The notes beneath the pieces are model-generated. The model saw only the letters and a program-made list of their open reading frames with translations. It had not been told where the DNA came from and ran no database searches. A program made the position numbers and the translations under genes. A stretch of 64,000 nucleotides of DNA, taken from Desulfurococcales archaeon. GTDB lineage: Archaea > Thermoproteota > Thermoprotei_A > Sulfolobales > WAQK01. Location: NCBI GenBank assembly GCA_027083135.1, contig JALWQH010000052.1, positions 24,448-88,447 of the forward strand, in the 5' to 3' direction. The stretch's first letter is position 1, and each line of letters opens with the position of its first letter. This document shows, in pieces, positions 28,904 to 37,097 of the stretch.

Positions 28904-30340
28904 TCATATTGTGTTATTTTTCTTGGTGTAGTAGTATGCTGCTGCTGGTATTATGATGATTATTATGATGGTTGCAGCCCAGAGGCCAGCAGTAGAAGCA
29001 CCCCTCTCAACAGTCTTGGTCAATGTGCTTATGGAAAGCGTACTGGATACAATGGTTCTTGTCACCGTGGTTGTCTTGCTAGTTGTTGTGCCTGTACTGC
29101 TAGTGGTGGTTTTGCTGTGAGTACTAGTGGTCGGCGTGCTCGTCGTGGTTTTCATGGTAGTTGTGGTGGTCTTGCTGGTTGTGGTGGTTCTACTTGTCGC
29201 AGTACTCGTAGTCGTAGTAGTCGTGGATGCAGTGCTACTAGTAGTCGTAGTAGAAGTAGTGGAAGAAGCAGCAGTACTCGTAGTCGTTGTAGTGGTGGTG
29301 CTTGGCGTTATTTTGCCTATGAGGGTATCGTATATGGCCTTCCATATTAGGGGATCTCCTCCGTCAAGCCTCCATACAGCCACTCCGGGGAGCTTGTATT
29401 TTCTAGCTATGATGGCCTTGTAGACCACTGTTTCATGGTCGTTGTAATATATGGCTGTAGTACCTAGATCCAGGTATTTTTCCTTGTATGTCTGGTCGAA
29501 TACGGGTTTCAATCCTCTCTCTTTGATTAGGTTGGAAATGTAGTCGTACATATGCCAGTCAACAAGTTTACCGTCTTTCGTCCACTCCCATCCATAGGAT
29601 GGTATGCCCATCAGGAGCTTGTTTCTGGGAATATAGTTGAGGGCATATTTTACGCAGGCTTCAACCCAGCTTGGAGGTGCTACGGGTCTGGGGACTCCTT
29701 TAAGCTCATAGTAGTCGTAGGTCATTATCATAATGTAGTCTACCCCTGATTGTCCAAGAGCCTTGTAATCGTATGCTCCTAGGAAGCTGTTAGTCGAATA
29801 TGCCATGCGTTTTGCAGCCACATCTACTGTGAGCTTGAGGCCTGCCTTATGGAATACGTAGGCTAGTCTGCTTAGAAACTGGGCGAAAGTCTGAGCGTCT
29901 TCAAGCATAGGGGCTTCGAAATCTATGTTAAAGCCATTATACCCGTAGGTCTGTGCTATTTTTATCAGGGTGCTTGAGAAGTTATGGAAGGCTGCTGGAT
30001 TAGTGAAAAGCTGATGCATTCTTTCAGGCACGTTGCTTACAACCATTGGGTGAATCTTTATCCCATACTGGGAGGCCAGGTTGATCAGGTTTAGATCATT
30101 AGCACCGCGATCAGTGAATACCCCTATGCTTCCATTATCCTTGAGGACGAACCAATCGGGCGATATCCAGCTTATGTACTCATGGTTCTCCTTGATCACA
30201 TCATATACCTGGGGAGTAACCTTGTAGATCCATGCTACTACTAGGGGCTTAGTCGAGCTGCTGGCTCCATAGGTTAGGTGTATTCCCGGTGCTAGGGAGA
30301 TCATTATAAGGACAGCCAGCATACACGCATACTTGAACAC
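28904..30340 (-). CDS. Surface-anchored glycoside hydrolase family 18 (chitinase / spore-cortex-lytic-like)
   Basis: Signal peptide, GYNGFNIDFE catalytic motif, IMTYD, LLMGIPSYG, GVAVWRL, Ser/Thr linker, C-terminal TM plus basic tail. Confidence 0.9.
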   Translation of the reverse strand: MFKYACMLAVLIMISLAPGIHLTYGASSSTKPLVVAWIYKVTPQVYDVIKENHEYISWISPDWFVLKDNGSIGVFTDRGANDLNLINLASQYGIKIHPMVVSNVPERMHQLFTNPAAFHNFSSTLIKIAQTYGYNGFNIDFEAPMLEDAQTFAQFLSRLAYVFHKAGLKLTVDVAAKRMAYSTNSFLGAYDYKALGQSGVDYIMIMTYDYYELKGVPRPVAPPSWVEACVKYALNYIPRNKLLMGIPSYGWEWTKDGKLVDWHMYDYISNLIKERGLKPVFDQTYKEKYLDLGTTAIYYNDHETVVYKAIIARKYKLPGVAVWRLDGGDPLIWKAIYDTLIGKITPSTTTTTTTSTAASSTTSTTTTSSTASTTTTTTSTATSRTTTTSKTTTTTMKTTTSTPTTSTHSKTTTSSTGTTTSKTTTVTRTIVSSTLSISTLTKTVERGASTAGLWAATIIIIIIIPAAAYYYTKKNNTI

Positions 30341-30481
30341 AGCTCTACACCCTGATAGGATAGGGAGGGGTGAGTAAAGTATCTTGAATAATTACTTTAC
30401 ATGTATGGAACTTGTTGTTCTTGACACTACTTTATTTAGAGTCAGGGAATACGCTCTAAAAGAACAGGGTAATAGTGGGAG

Positions 30482-32398
30482 GTGTGTGGGTTCTTGATTA
30501 AGGATAGGATAAAAATAATCGGTATGAGTGTAATACTAGCAGTAATGCTGTTGTCCTTGATCTCCCCCTCCATAGCTCATGCACAGCAGAAAGAGACAGT
30601 ATTGAAGGTTGGTATTCCTGGAGAGATCGATAACTTCAACCCGCTCATAGGGCTCTTCGGCGCAGCAGGCTATATTAGAGGCCTGCTGTTCGATACACTG
30701 CTCATAATGCCATCTAATAGGAGCTACTGCCCCTGGCTTGCTCAGAGTTGGACGGTTAACGAGAAGAACTTGACAATAACCTTTAAGCTCCGCCCCAACC
30801 TGAAATGGCATGACGGCCAGCCGCTGACAGCTAAGGATGTTGAGTTCACATTCAACCTAATCATAAACTCCAAGTACACGCCTAAGCTGGATAGATGGAA
30901 CCTCCACAACTACATAGCCTATGTTAAGGCTATTGACAACCGTACTGTGGTCTTCAAGCTGAAGGAGCCGTTTGCTCCTATCCTATGGTACATAGGCCTG
31001 TTAATACCTGTGCTACCCGAACATATTTGGAGCAAAGTTGATCCAACAACGTTTAAGAACACGGAGCATCCTATTGGAAGCGGTCCATTCAAGTTTGTGA
31101 AGTATACTCCAGGCGTATCAGTAGAGCTTGAGGCGTTCGATGACTATTTTGCAGGCCGCCCCAAGATAGACAAGTTGATCATAGGACTATATAAGAGCAC
31201 TGACAGCGTCCTGCTAGACCTTCAGGCAGGAGCCATAGACGCTATTGCAGGCATGACTGTGGCCCCGGAGCTTGTGCCAACACTACTCAAGGATCCCCAT
31301 ATAAGAGTAGTGATAAGGCCTGACCTAGGATACATAAGGTTCATGGGCTTCAACCTAGACAAATATCCCTTCAATGTGAGGGAGTTCAGGGAAGCCGTGG
31401 CATACGCCATAGATAAAGACTATATTGTTAAGACAGTTATGCTAGGATATGCTGACCCTGCAGCAGATGGCTGGGTTCAGCCGATCCAGGGCATATGGTA
31501 TAATAAGGCCATAGGCTATAGGAAGCAGAATCTCACTAAGGCTATGCAGATACTTGACTCCATAGGCTTCATAGATAGGGATGGAGACGGTATAAGGGAG
31601 ACGCCTAATGGCACTAAGCTAGAGTTCACGCTGTTGACGCTGGCAGGCAGAACAGAGTTCGAGAGGACTGCTGAGATAATTGCAAACTGGCTTAACCAGA
31701 TAGGAATAAAGGTGAAGGTTGAGGCCTATAGCCTTGGCACAGTAGACCATAAGGAGGGTGTAGGAGACTTCGACATGGGACTCATGGGTGTGGGAGGCCT
31801 TACAGCTGAGATAGATTACTATCTATACCCAAGGTTCCACAGCAGCGGCGCACCACCCATAGGCAAGTATGCGCCTAGAAACTGGTTTAGATATAGGAAC
31901 CCTGAGGTAGACAAGCTGCTAGAGGAGCAGAGAACAGAGCTTAACCTCACTAAGAGGATACAGATAGTCTACAAGATACAGGAGATCATAGCCCACGACA
32001 TACCAGTAGTGACACTATATGTGAAGAGATATGTAACCGCCTATAGGACTGACCGCTTCGTCAACTGGAATGAGAAGGAAGGACCTGCAAGCAAGCTATC
32101 ACTACTGCAGGTTAAGCCTAGGGGGCCAGCAACAGTAACAACAACTAAGACAGCCACCTCTGTGACAACCTCAGTTGTCACAACAAGCAAGGTCTACACA
32201 ACTGTTGTAAAGACAACGATAAGCGGCACACCTACAACCGTTGTTAAGACCATGACCTCTGCCACAACCTATACGACCACAGTGCCAGTAACCTACACTA
32301 AGAAGACGGGGATAAGCACCGCTGCGGCCATAGGAATCGCAATAATAATAGCAATAATTGCCGCAGCAATAGCATACTGGGCTGCTAAACGGGGATAA
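30482..32398 (+). CDS. Opp/Dpp-family ABC substrate-binding protein, C-terminally anchored
   Basis: LRPNLKWHDGQPLTAKDV, IGSGPF, FREAVAYAIDK, DRDGDGIRE; Thr-rich linker plus TM. Confidence 0.93.
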   Translation: MCGFLIKDRIKIIGMSVILAVMLLSLISPSIAHAQQKETVLKVGIPGEIDNFNPLIGLFGAAGYIRGLLFDTLLIMPSNRSYCPWLAQSWTVNEKNLTITFKLRPNLKWHDGQPLTAKDVEFTFNLIINSKYTPKLDRWNLHNYIAYVKAIDNRTVVFKLKEPFAPILWYIGLLIPVLPEHIWSKVDPTTFKNTEHPIGSGPFKFVKYTPGVSVELEAFDDYFAGRPKIDKLIIGLYKSTDSVLLDLQAGAIDAIAGMTVAPELVPTLLKDPHIRVVIRPDLGYIRFMGFNLDKYPFNVREFREAVAYAIDKDYIVKTVMLGYADPAADGWVQPIQGIWYNKAIGYRKQNLTKAMQILDSIGFIDRDGDGIRETPNGTKLEFTLLTLAGRTEFERTAEIIANWLNQIGIKVKVEAYSLGTVDHKEGVGDFDMGLMGVGGLTAEIDYYLYPRFHSSGAPPIGKYAPRNWFRYRNPEVDKLLEEQRTELNLTKRIQIVYKIQEIIAHDIPVVTLYVKRYVTAYRTDRFVNWNEKEGPASKLSLLQVKPRGPATVTTTKTATSVTTSVVTTSKVYTTVVKTTISGTPTTVVKTMTSATTYTTTVPVTYTKKTGISTAAAIGIAIIIAIIAAAIAYWAAKRG

Positions 32399-32409
32399 GA
32401 TAGCCTGGT

Positions 32410-33399
32410 GTGAGGGAGACTCCCAAAATGCCATCCTCTTTTTTGGTACGGAGGTCAATTAGACTCATCATAACATTCTTCATTATAGTTATCCTAGACT
32501 TCCTTCTCCCCAGGCTTATGCCTGGAAACCCTGTGGCAATACTCGTCAAGCAGAGCGGGCTGCCGGACTCAGCTATCCAGCAGCTCACAAAGCAGTTTGA
32601 ACTGGATAAACCTTTGTATGATCAGTTCATAGCATACATAGTTAACCTCTTCAAAGGTAACTGGGGGTATAGTTACAGGTATTATCCTACACCGGTGAAG
32701 GACCTGATATTTCAGAGGCTTCCATGGACGCTCCTGCTGCTCGGCACGTCCTCGATAACCGTCTTTCTCTTCGGCGTTTTTCAAGGCTTTCTGGCAGGAT
32801 GGAGACATGGAACCAAGACTGATTCAACCATAACGCTCGTAGCGGTCCTAGTATACGCTATACCCTACTACTGGCTTGCACTAGTGCTTCAATACTTCTT
32901 CGGATACAAGCTTAAATGGCTGCCTACATCTCAGGCCTTAACGTTTGGAGCAGTATATCATAATTTCCTAGACTATGCCTTAGATGTGGCTCGGCACCTT
33001 GTGCTGCCTGTAACAGCTATAACGCTCACAGCATATGCTGCATACACGCTTGTTACGAGAAACACCATGATAGATGTGCTTGGAGAGGACTTCATAGTCA
33101 CAGCTAAGGCTAAGGGTCTTCCTGAGAGGAAAGTTATGTGGCATGCTGCTAGGAATGCTATGCTACCCCCTGTCACTATGCTGGCAATAAGGCTTGGACA
33201 CATGGTTGGGGGAGCAGTATTCACGGAGACAGTGTTCTCGTATCCCGGAGTAGGGCTACTCATCTATGAATCAATAATCTACAAAGACTACCCGGTGCTT
33301 AACGCTGCATTCTTCATTCTAGCTATAACCGTGATCATTGCCAACTTCATAGCAGACCTGCTATATGCATGGCTTGACCCCAGGGTGAGATATAGATGA
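32410..33399 (+). CDS. Opp/Dpp ABC permease (OppB-like)
   Basis: LMPGNP, EDFIVTAKAKGL, ETVFSYPGVG, DPRVR. Confidence 0.93.
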   Translation: MRETPKMPSSFLVRRSIRLIITFFIIVILDFLLPRLMPGNPVAILVKQSGLPDSAIQQLTKQFELDKPLYDQFIAYIVNLFKGNWGYSYRYYPTPVKDLIFQRLPWTLLLLGTSSITVFLFGVFQGFLAGWRHGTKTDSTITLVAVLVYAIPYYWLALVLQYFFGYKLKWLPTSQALTFGAVYHNFLDYALDVARHLVLPVTAITLTAYAAYTLVTRNTMIDVLGEDFIVTAKAKGLPERKVMWHAARNAMLPPVTMLAIRLGHMVGGAVFTETVFSYPGVGLLIYESIIYKDYPVLNAAFFILAITVIIANFIADLLYAWLDPRVRYR

Positions 33400-34292
33400 C
33401 CAGGATCACGCTGAGCGAGGAGAGAAAGGAGAGCATTACCAAGCTTCTACATGGACTATACTATATCTTCATAAAGGATAAAAAGGGCTTACTAGGCTTC
33501 ACCATAATTATGGGCTTCGCCATAATAGCTATCTTTGCTCCCCAGCTAGCCCCCTATAATCCGCGTGCAATGATTGGAAGGCCGTTTGAGCCTCCCAGCC
33601 ACAAGCATCTCCTAGGAACCAATGATGTTGGGCAGGATATTCTCAGCGAAGTCATATATGGGACAAGGGTGAGCTTCTATGTGGGGCTGACAGCCCCTAC
33701 GATATCCACTATAATAGGCCTTCTCCTAGGTCTGGCTGCAGGGTACATGGGTGGCAAGATCGATGAGCTTATCTCAGGCTCCATAGACGTGATGTTAGCC
33801 ATACCTGGCTTACCATTAATCATAATACTTGCAGCGTATCTGGGGCAGAGCCTCAACAACATTATACTAGTATTAGCGATAACAGGCTGGGTAGGTGTGG
33901 CTAGAGTCGTACGATCTCAGGTTCTAAGCATAAAGGAAAGACTATATGTTGAGGCTGCAAGAGCGGTAGGTGCAAGTGACTCTAGGATCATGCTTAACCA
34001 CATTCTTCCCAACGTAATGCCCCTTATGGCTGCCTATGTGATCCTAGGGGCAACCAGCGCTATACTGACTGAGGCTGGGCTAAGCTTTCTAGGACTAGGC
34101 GATCCCACGGCTATTAGCTGGGGCCAGATACTTCACCATGCGCAAGTGAAGCATGCTCTTCAGCTTGGATTATGGTTGTGGGCCATAGTGCCAGGCTTAA
34201 TGATAGCTCTAATGGGAATGGGCTTCACGCTGCTAGGCATGTCGATGGAGGAGTACCTTAACCCCAGGCTTAGAAGCTACCAGGCAGCCTAG
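33396..34292 (+). CDS. Opp/Dpp ABC permease (OppC-like)
   Basis: HLLGTNDVGQD, YVEAARAVGAS, HILPN, LSFLGLG, NPRLR. Confidence 0.93.
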   Translation: MTRITLSEERKESITKLLHGLYYIFIKDKKGLLGFTIIMGFAIIAIFAPQLAPYNPRAMIGRPFEPPSHKHLLGTNDVGQDILSEVIYGTRVSFYVGLTAPTISTIIGLLLGLAAGYMGGKIDELISGSIDVMLAIPGLPLIIILAAYLGQSLNNIILVLAITGWVGVARVVRSQVLSIKERLYVEAARAVGASDSRIMLNHILPNVMPLMAAYVILGATSAILTEAGLSFLGLGDPTAISWGQILHHAQVKHALQLGLWLWAIVPGLMIALMGMGFTLLGMSMEEYLNPRLRSYQAA

Positions 34293-34294
34293 CC

Positions 34295-35833
34295 CTAATC
34301 ATTAAAACAAGTATGTCCTGAAGGAAGTTTTTCGCTTAAAGTTATGGGTAGCCTGCCTTTAGGCCTGCATCTCCCTTTAATCAGGTTGAAGAGCGCTTTC
34401 AGGGAACAATACCTGTAGCTGTAAGCTGCTACTACAACCTTATATCCGCTTAGATCTACTTGTCTAAGCCACACAGGATTTCCAAGCGATACCAGCATCC
34501 ATCCTCTGGGCGGAAGCCTTGATAAATCCCCGGCCGAATAGAATAACACTATCATTCTCTCAGGCTCTAGTTTCCCTGCACCTAGCCTGACGCACTCAGC
34601 CTTTATTCCCGTCTCACGAGCGATGCCGCACGCCGATATAACTCCTCCGGCTCCTGCTACGGGTGAAGGGGCGTTAAGCCTAGGAGGATAGGTTATCAGA
34701 GGCTTTGAGGGAGGATTACCGAGTTTGCTGCATCCTCTAATTACCGTGAGAGCCCTGCAGGCCTGCTCAACGCATTTTTCAACATGTTTCTTGGAGCCTA
34801 CTATTTCTTCAGGCCTGCTTGAAGGCTTTATTCTTAGCCGCTTGGCCAGCATCTCCCTCCTAGTAATGCTGGCCTTCAGCCTATCCTCATCTACGTCTCC
34901 TCTCAGAACCAGTTTAAGCATTCTGTCATAGGCTCTCTTCTGAACCCTGAGCGTATGGGAGAACATTATTATGTCTAGGCCTGCCTTTAATGCCAGGTCT
35001 ACTATCTGCTCTGGAGTATACCTGGATGCCACGGCCTTCATCTCCATGCAGTCTGATACTATTAGGCCGTTAAACCCCATGTCTCTAACCATGTTTACAG
35101 CCCTGGCCGAGAGACTTGCAGGAACCTTTGAGTCAATCGCATCCACGAGTATGTGTCCAAGCATGACTGCATCAACTCCTCTCCGCACAGCGTATCTGAA
35201 GGGGGCTACATGCTCCTCCAGCTCTAATGCACTTAGCCTCACCCTAGGTAGATCATAGTGTGAATCAATGATCGTTGATCCATGGCCGGGGAAATGCTTG
35301 GCAGTAGCACCTACGCCTGAGGAGTGCAGCCCTTCTATGAAGGCTGCCCCCAGCTTTGATACGAGTTCAGGGTTCTCTCCAAAGCTTCTTTCGCTCACAA
35401 CGCTGCTTTCAGGCTCCTTAAGCACATCGAGGACTGGTGCCAGATCTAAGTTTATACCCATTGCTGCAAGCTCTCTTCCAATGATCCCTCCAGCCTGCCT
35501 CGCCTCGCTCTCCAAGCCTATAGCCCCTAAAGCCATGTTTCCAGGCATAGGTGTAGTGTACCTAGGCATTCTGAGAACCATTCCACCCTCCTGGTCAACC
35601 ATTATGAGGGCTCCGCTAAGCCCCCGGCTCCTCACGTGCTCATCAATGCTTCTAGTGAGAATTGAGACCTGCCGAGGATCTCGGAGATTCCTATTGAATA
35701 AGACTATGTTAGGTATATTCCACTCGGCAATGACCCGGCGTGCATGATCGTCTTTCAGGCTTACTCCATCGAAGCCGAAGGCAAGCATACTACCCGCAAT
35801 ATCCTCGGGTTCAAAAATACCCGTGGACCTCAC
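34295..35833 (-). CDS. nagZ: GH3 beta-N-acetylhexosaminidase (NagZ type)
   Basis: VDQEGG.V.R, APVLD, RSFG, NagZ signature KHFPGHG...DSH, nucleophile SDCMEM. Confidence 0.9.
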   Translation of the reverse strand: MRSTGIFEPEDIAGSMLAFGFDGVSLKDDHARRVIAEWNIPNIVLFNRNLRDPRQVSILTRSIDEHVRSRGLSGALIMVDQEGGMVLRMPRYTTPMPGNMALGAIGLESEARQAGGIIGRELAAMGINLDLAPVLDVLKEPESSVVSERSFGENPELVSKLGAAFIEGLHSSGVGATAKHFPGHGSTIIDSHYDLPRVRLSALELEEHVAPFRYAVRRGVDAVMLGHILVDAIDSKVPASLSARAVNMVRDMGFNGLIVSDCMEMKAVASRYTPEQIVDLALKAGLDIIMFSHTLRVQKRAYDRMLKLVLRGDVDEDRLKASITRREMLAKRLRIKPSSRPEEIVGSKKHVEKCVEQACRALTVIRGCSKLGNPPSKPLITYPPRLNAPSPVAGAGGVISACGIARETGIKAECVRLGAGKLEPERMIVLFYSAGDLSRLPPRGWMLVSLGNPVWLRQVDLSGYKVVVAAYSYRYCSLKALFNLIKGRCRPKGRLPITLSEKLPSGHTCFND

Positions 35834-35837
35834 CTCT

Positions 35838-35859
35838 CATGCACAGTATACTGTGCATG
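35838..35859. promoter_or_regulatory. Perfect 22-bp palindrome, candidate operator
   Basis: CATGCACAGTATACTGTGCATG in the divergent nagZ/regulator intergenic region. Confidence 0.55.
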
Positions 35860-35915
35860 CTATTTTGCTTTTAATTTTATATGCCATGCTACATTAGGTT
35901 TTTACATGGGTTACA

Positions 35916-36887
35916 ATGCTTGTAGAAACACGTAAGGTTATATCGGCTGGCAGGCGCTCCAGAGCCGTAACGCTCCCTAAGAAATGGGTTGTTGAGCACG
36001 GGGTGAAGCCCGGAGACCCTATGGAAATAGTGCTAGAGGAGGACGGCTCTCTTAGAATACGGCCGTTGAAGACCTCTCCAGCCACACCCATGGTAAGCGA
36101 GGTATTCGTAGAGAAGCCTGGCAGCAATGTCAACGATATAGTGTTCACGCTGATAGGATACTATGTTAATGGGTATAATGTGGTGGTGATGCCTCCATCC
36201 CCGCAGGTATATGAGGCTCTCTCCAGGCTTGAAGACATGCTTATAGGAGTATTATACATTGATCTAGGAGAGCAGGTCAAGGTTAAATTCATAGTCTCGG
36301 AGGGTAAGATAGGATCGTACGAGATAGCATCAAGGCTTGCAGGCCTGCTTTCAAGGCTCTCCAGCAAATATATGGATTCCCTGGAAACAGGTAGCATGAT
36401 GGACCTCAATGATGTTCTCCGCATTGAAAGCGAGGTTGACAGGCTATATTATTTAGGACTAAGAGTACTTAACACCGAGCTTACTAGAAGCATAGCTGAA
36501 TGGCATATCAAGGAGTATGTCAGGCTCTCATCGATGAGAGTAGCGCTTAAAGTCATGGAGGATATATCTGATGCTTTTGACCGTAGCACTAGGACAATAC
36601 TTAGACTAGGCTTAGGCATAGTGAGTGAAGAATACCTTAAGATACTGAGAAGCGTCTCTAAAATAGTGGTTGATGCTGCCCAATCCTTCCTGGAGCTAGA
36701 TAGACTCAAGGCTAGCAGAATACTTAAACTCAGAATAGATGTGAAGAAAGATCTAGTCGAATTCAAGAAAAAAGCATCTGTTGAAACTCAGATGCTTATA
36801 TCAGAGCTTGAAATAATGCTGGCTCTAGCAGCAGATCTAGCTGAAATAGCCATAATGGATTCCATAACAAGCAGAAAGCATGCATAA
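35916..36887 (+). CDS. AbrB-PhoU type regulator (COG0704-like)
   Basis: N-terminal RKV..GRRSRAVTLPKKW AbrB domain; ESEVDRLY PhoU-like helical domain. Confidence 0.85.
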   Translation: MLVETRKVISAGRRSRAVTLPKKWVVEHGVKPGDPMEIVLEEDGSLRIRPLKTSPATPMVSEVFVEKPGSNVNDIVFTLIGYYVNGYNVVVMPPSPQVYEALSRLEDMLIGVLYIDLGEQVKVKFIVSEGKIGSYEIASRLAGLLSRLSSKYMDSLETGSMMDLNDVLRIESEVDRLYYLGLRVLNTELTRSIAEWHIKEYVRLSSMRVALKVMEDISDAFDRSTRTILRLGLGIVSEEYLKILRSVSKIVVDAAQSFLELDRLKASRILKLRIDVKKDLVEFKKKASVETQMLISELEIMLALAADLAEIAIMDSITSRKHA

Positions 36888-37097
36888 GGATAAAGGGAGC
36901 CTACCTACAAGTACACTAGCATACAGACCTTTAGCCTCCTCTTATGCGAGTACTATTCAATTCAACAAAACATGGATCCTCCGATTACAACTAGGTATAA
37001 AATGCAGAGATGCCGGTGGGAGTAGCCTGCAGGATGCAGGAAGCGGAAAATAGTATAATAAACACATGCATATCATGTTTCAGGGAAGGGTGGAATC

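Noticed and set aside
28883-29423. Plus-strand ORFs rich in Cys/Ser/Arg or poly-Val
   Set aside because: Antisense shadows of the Thr/Ser linker of the GH18 gene
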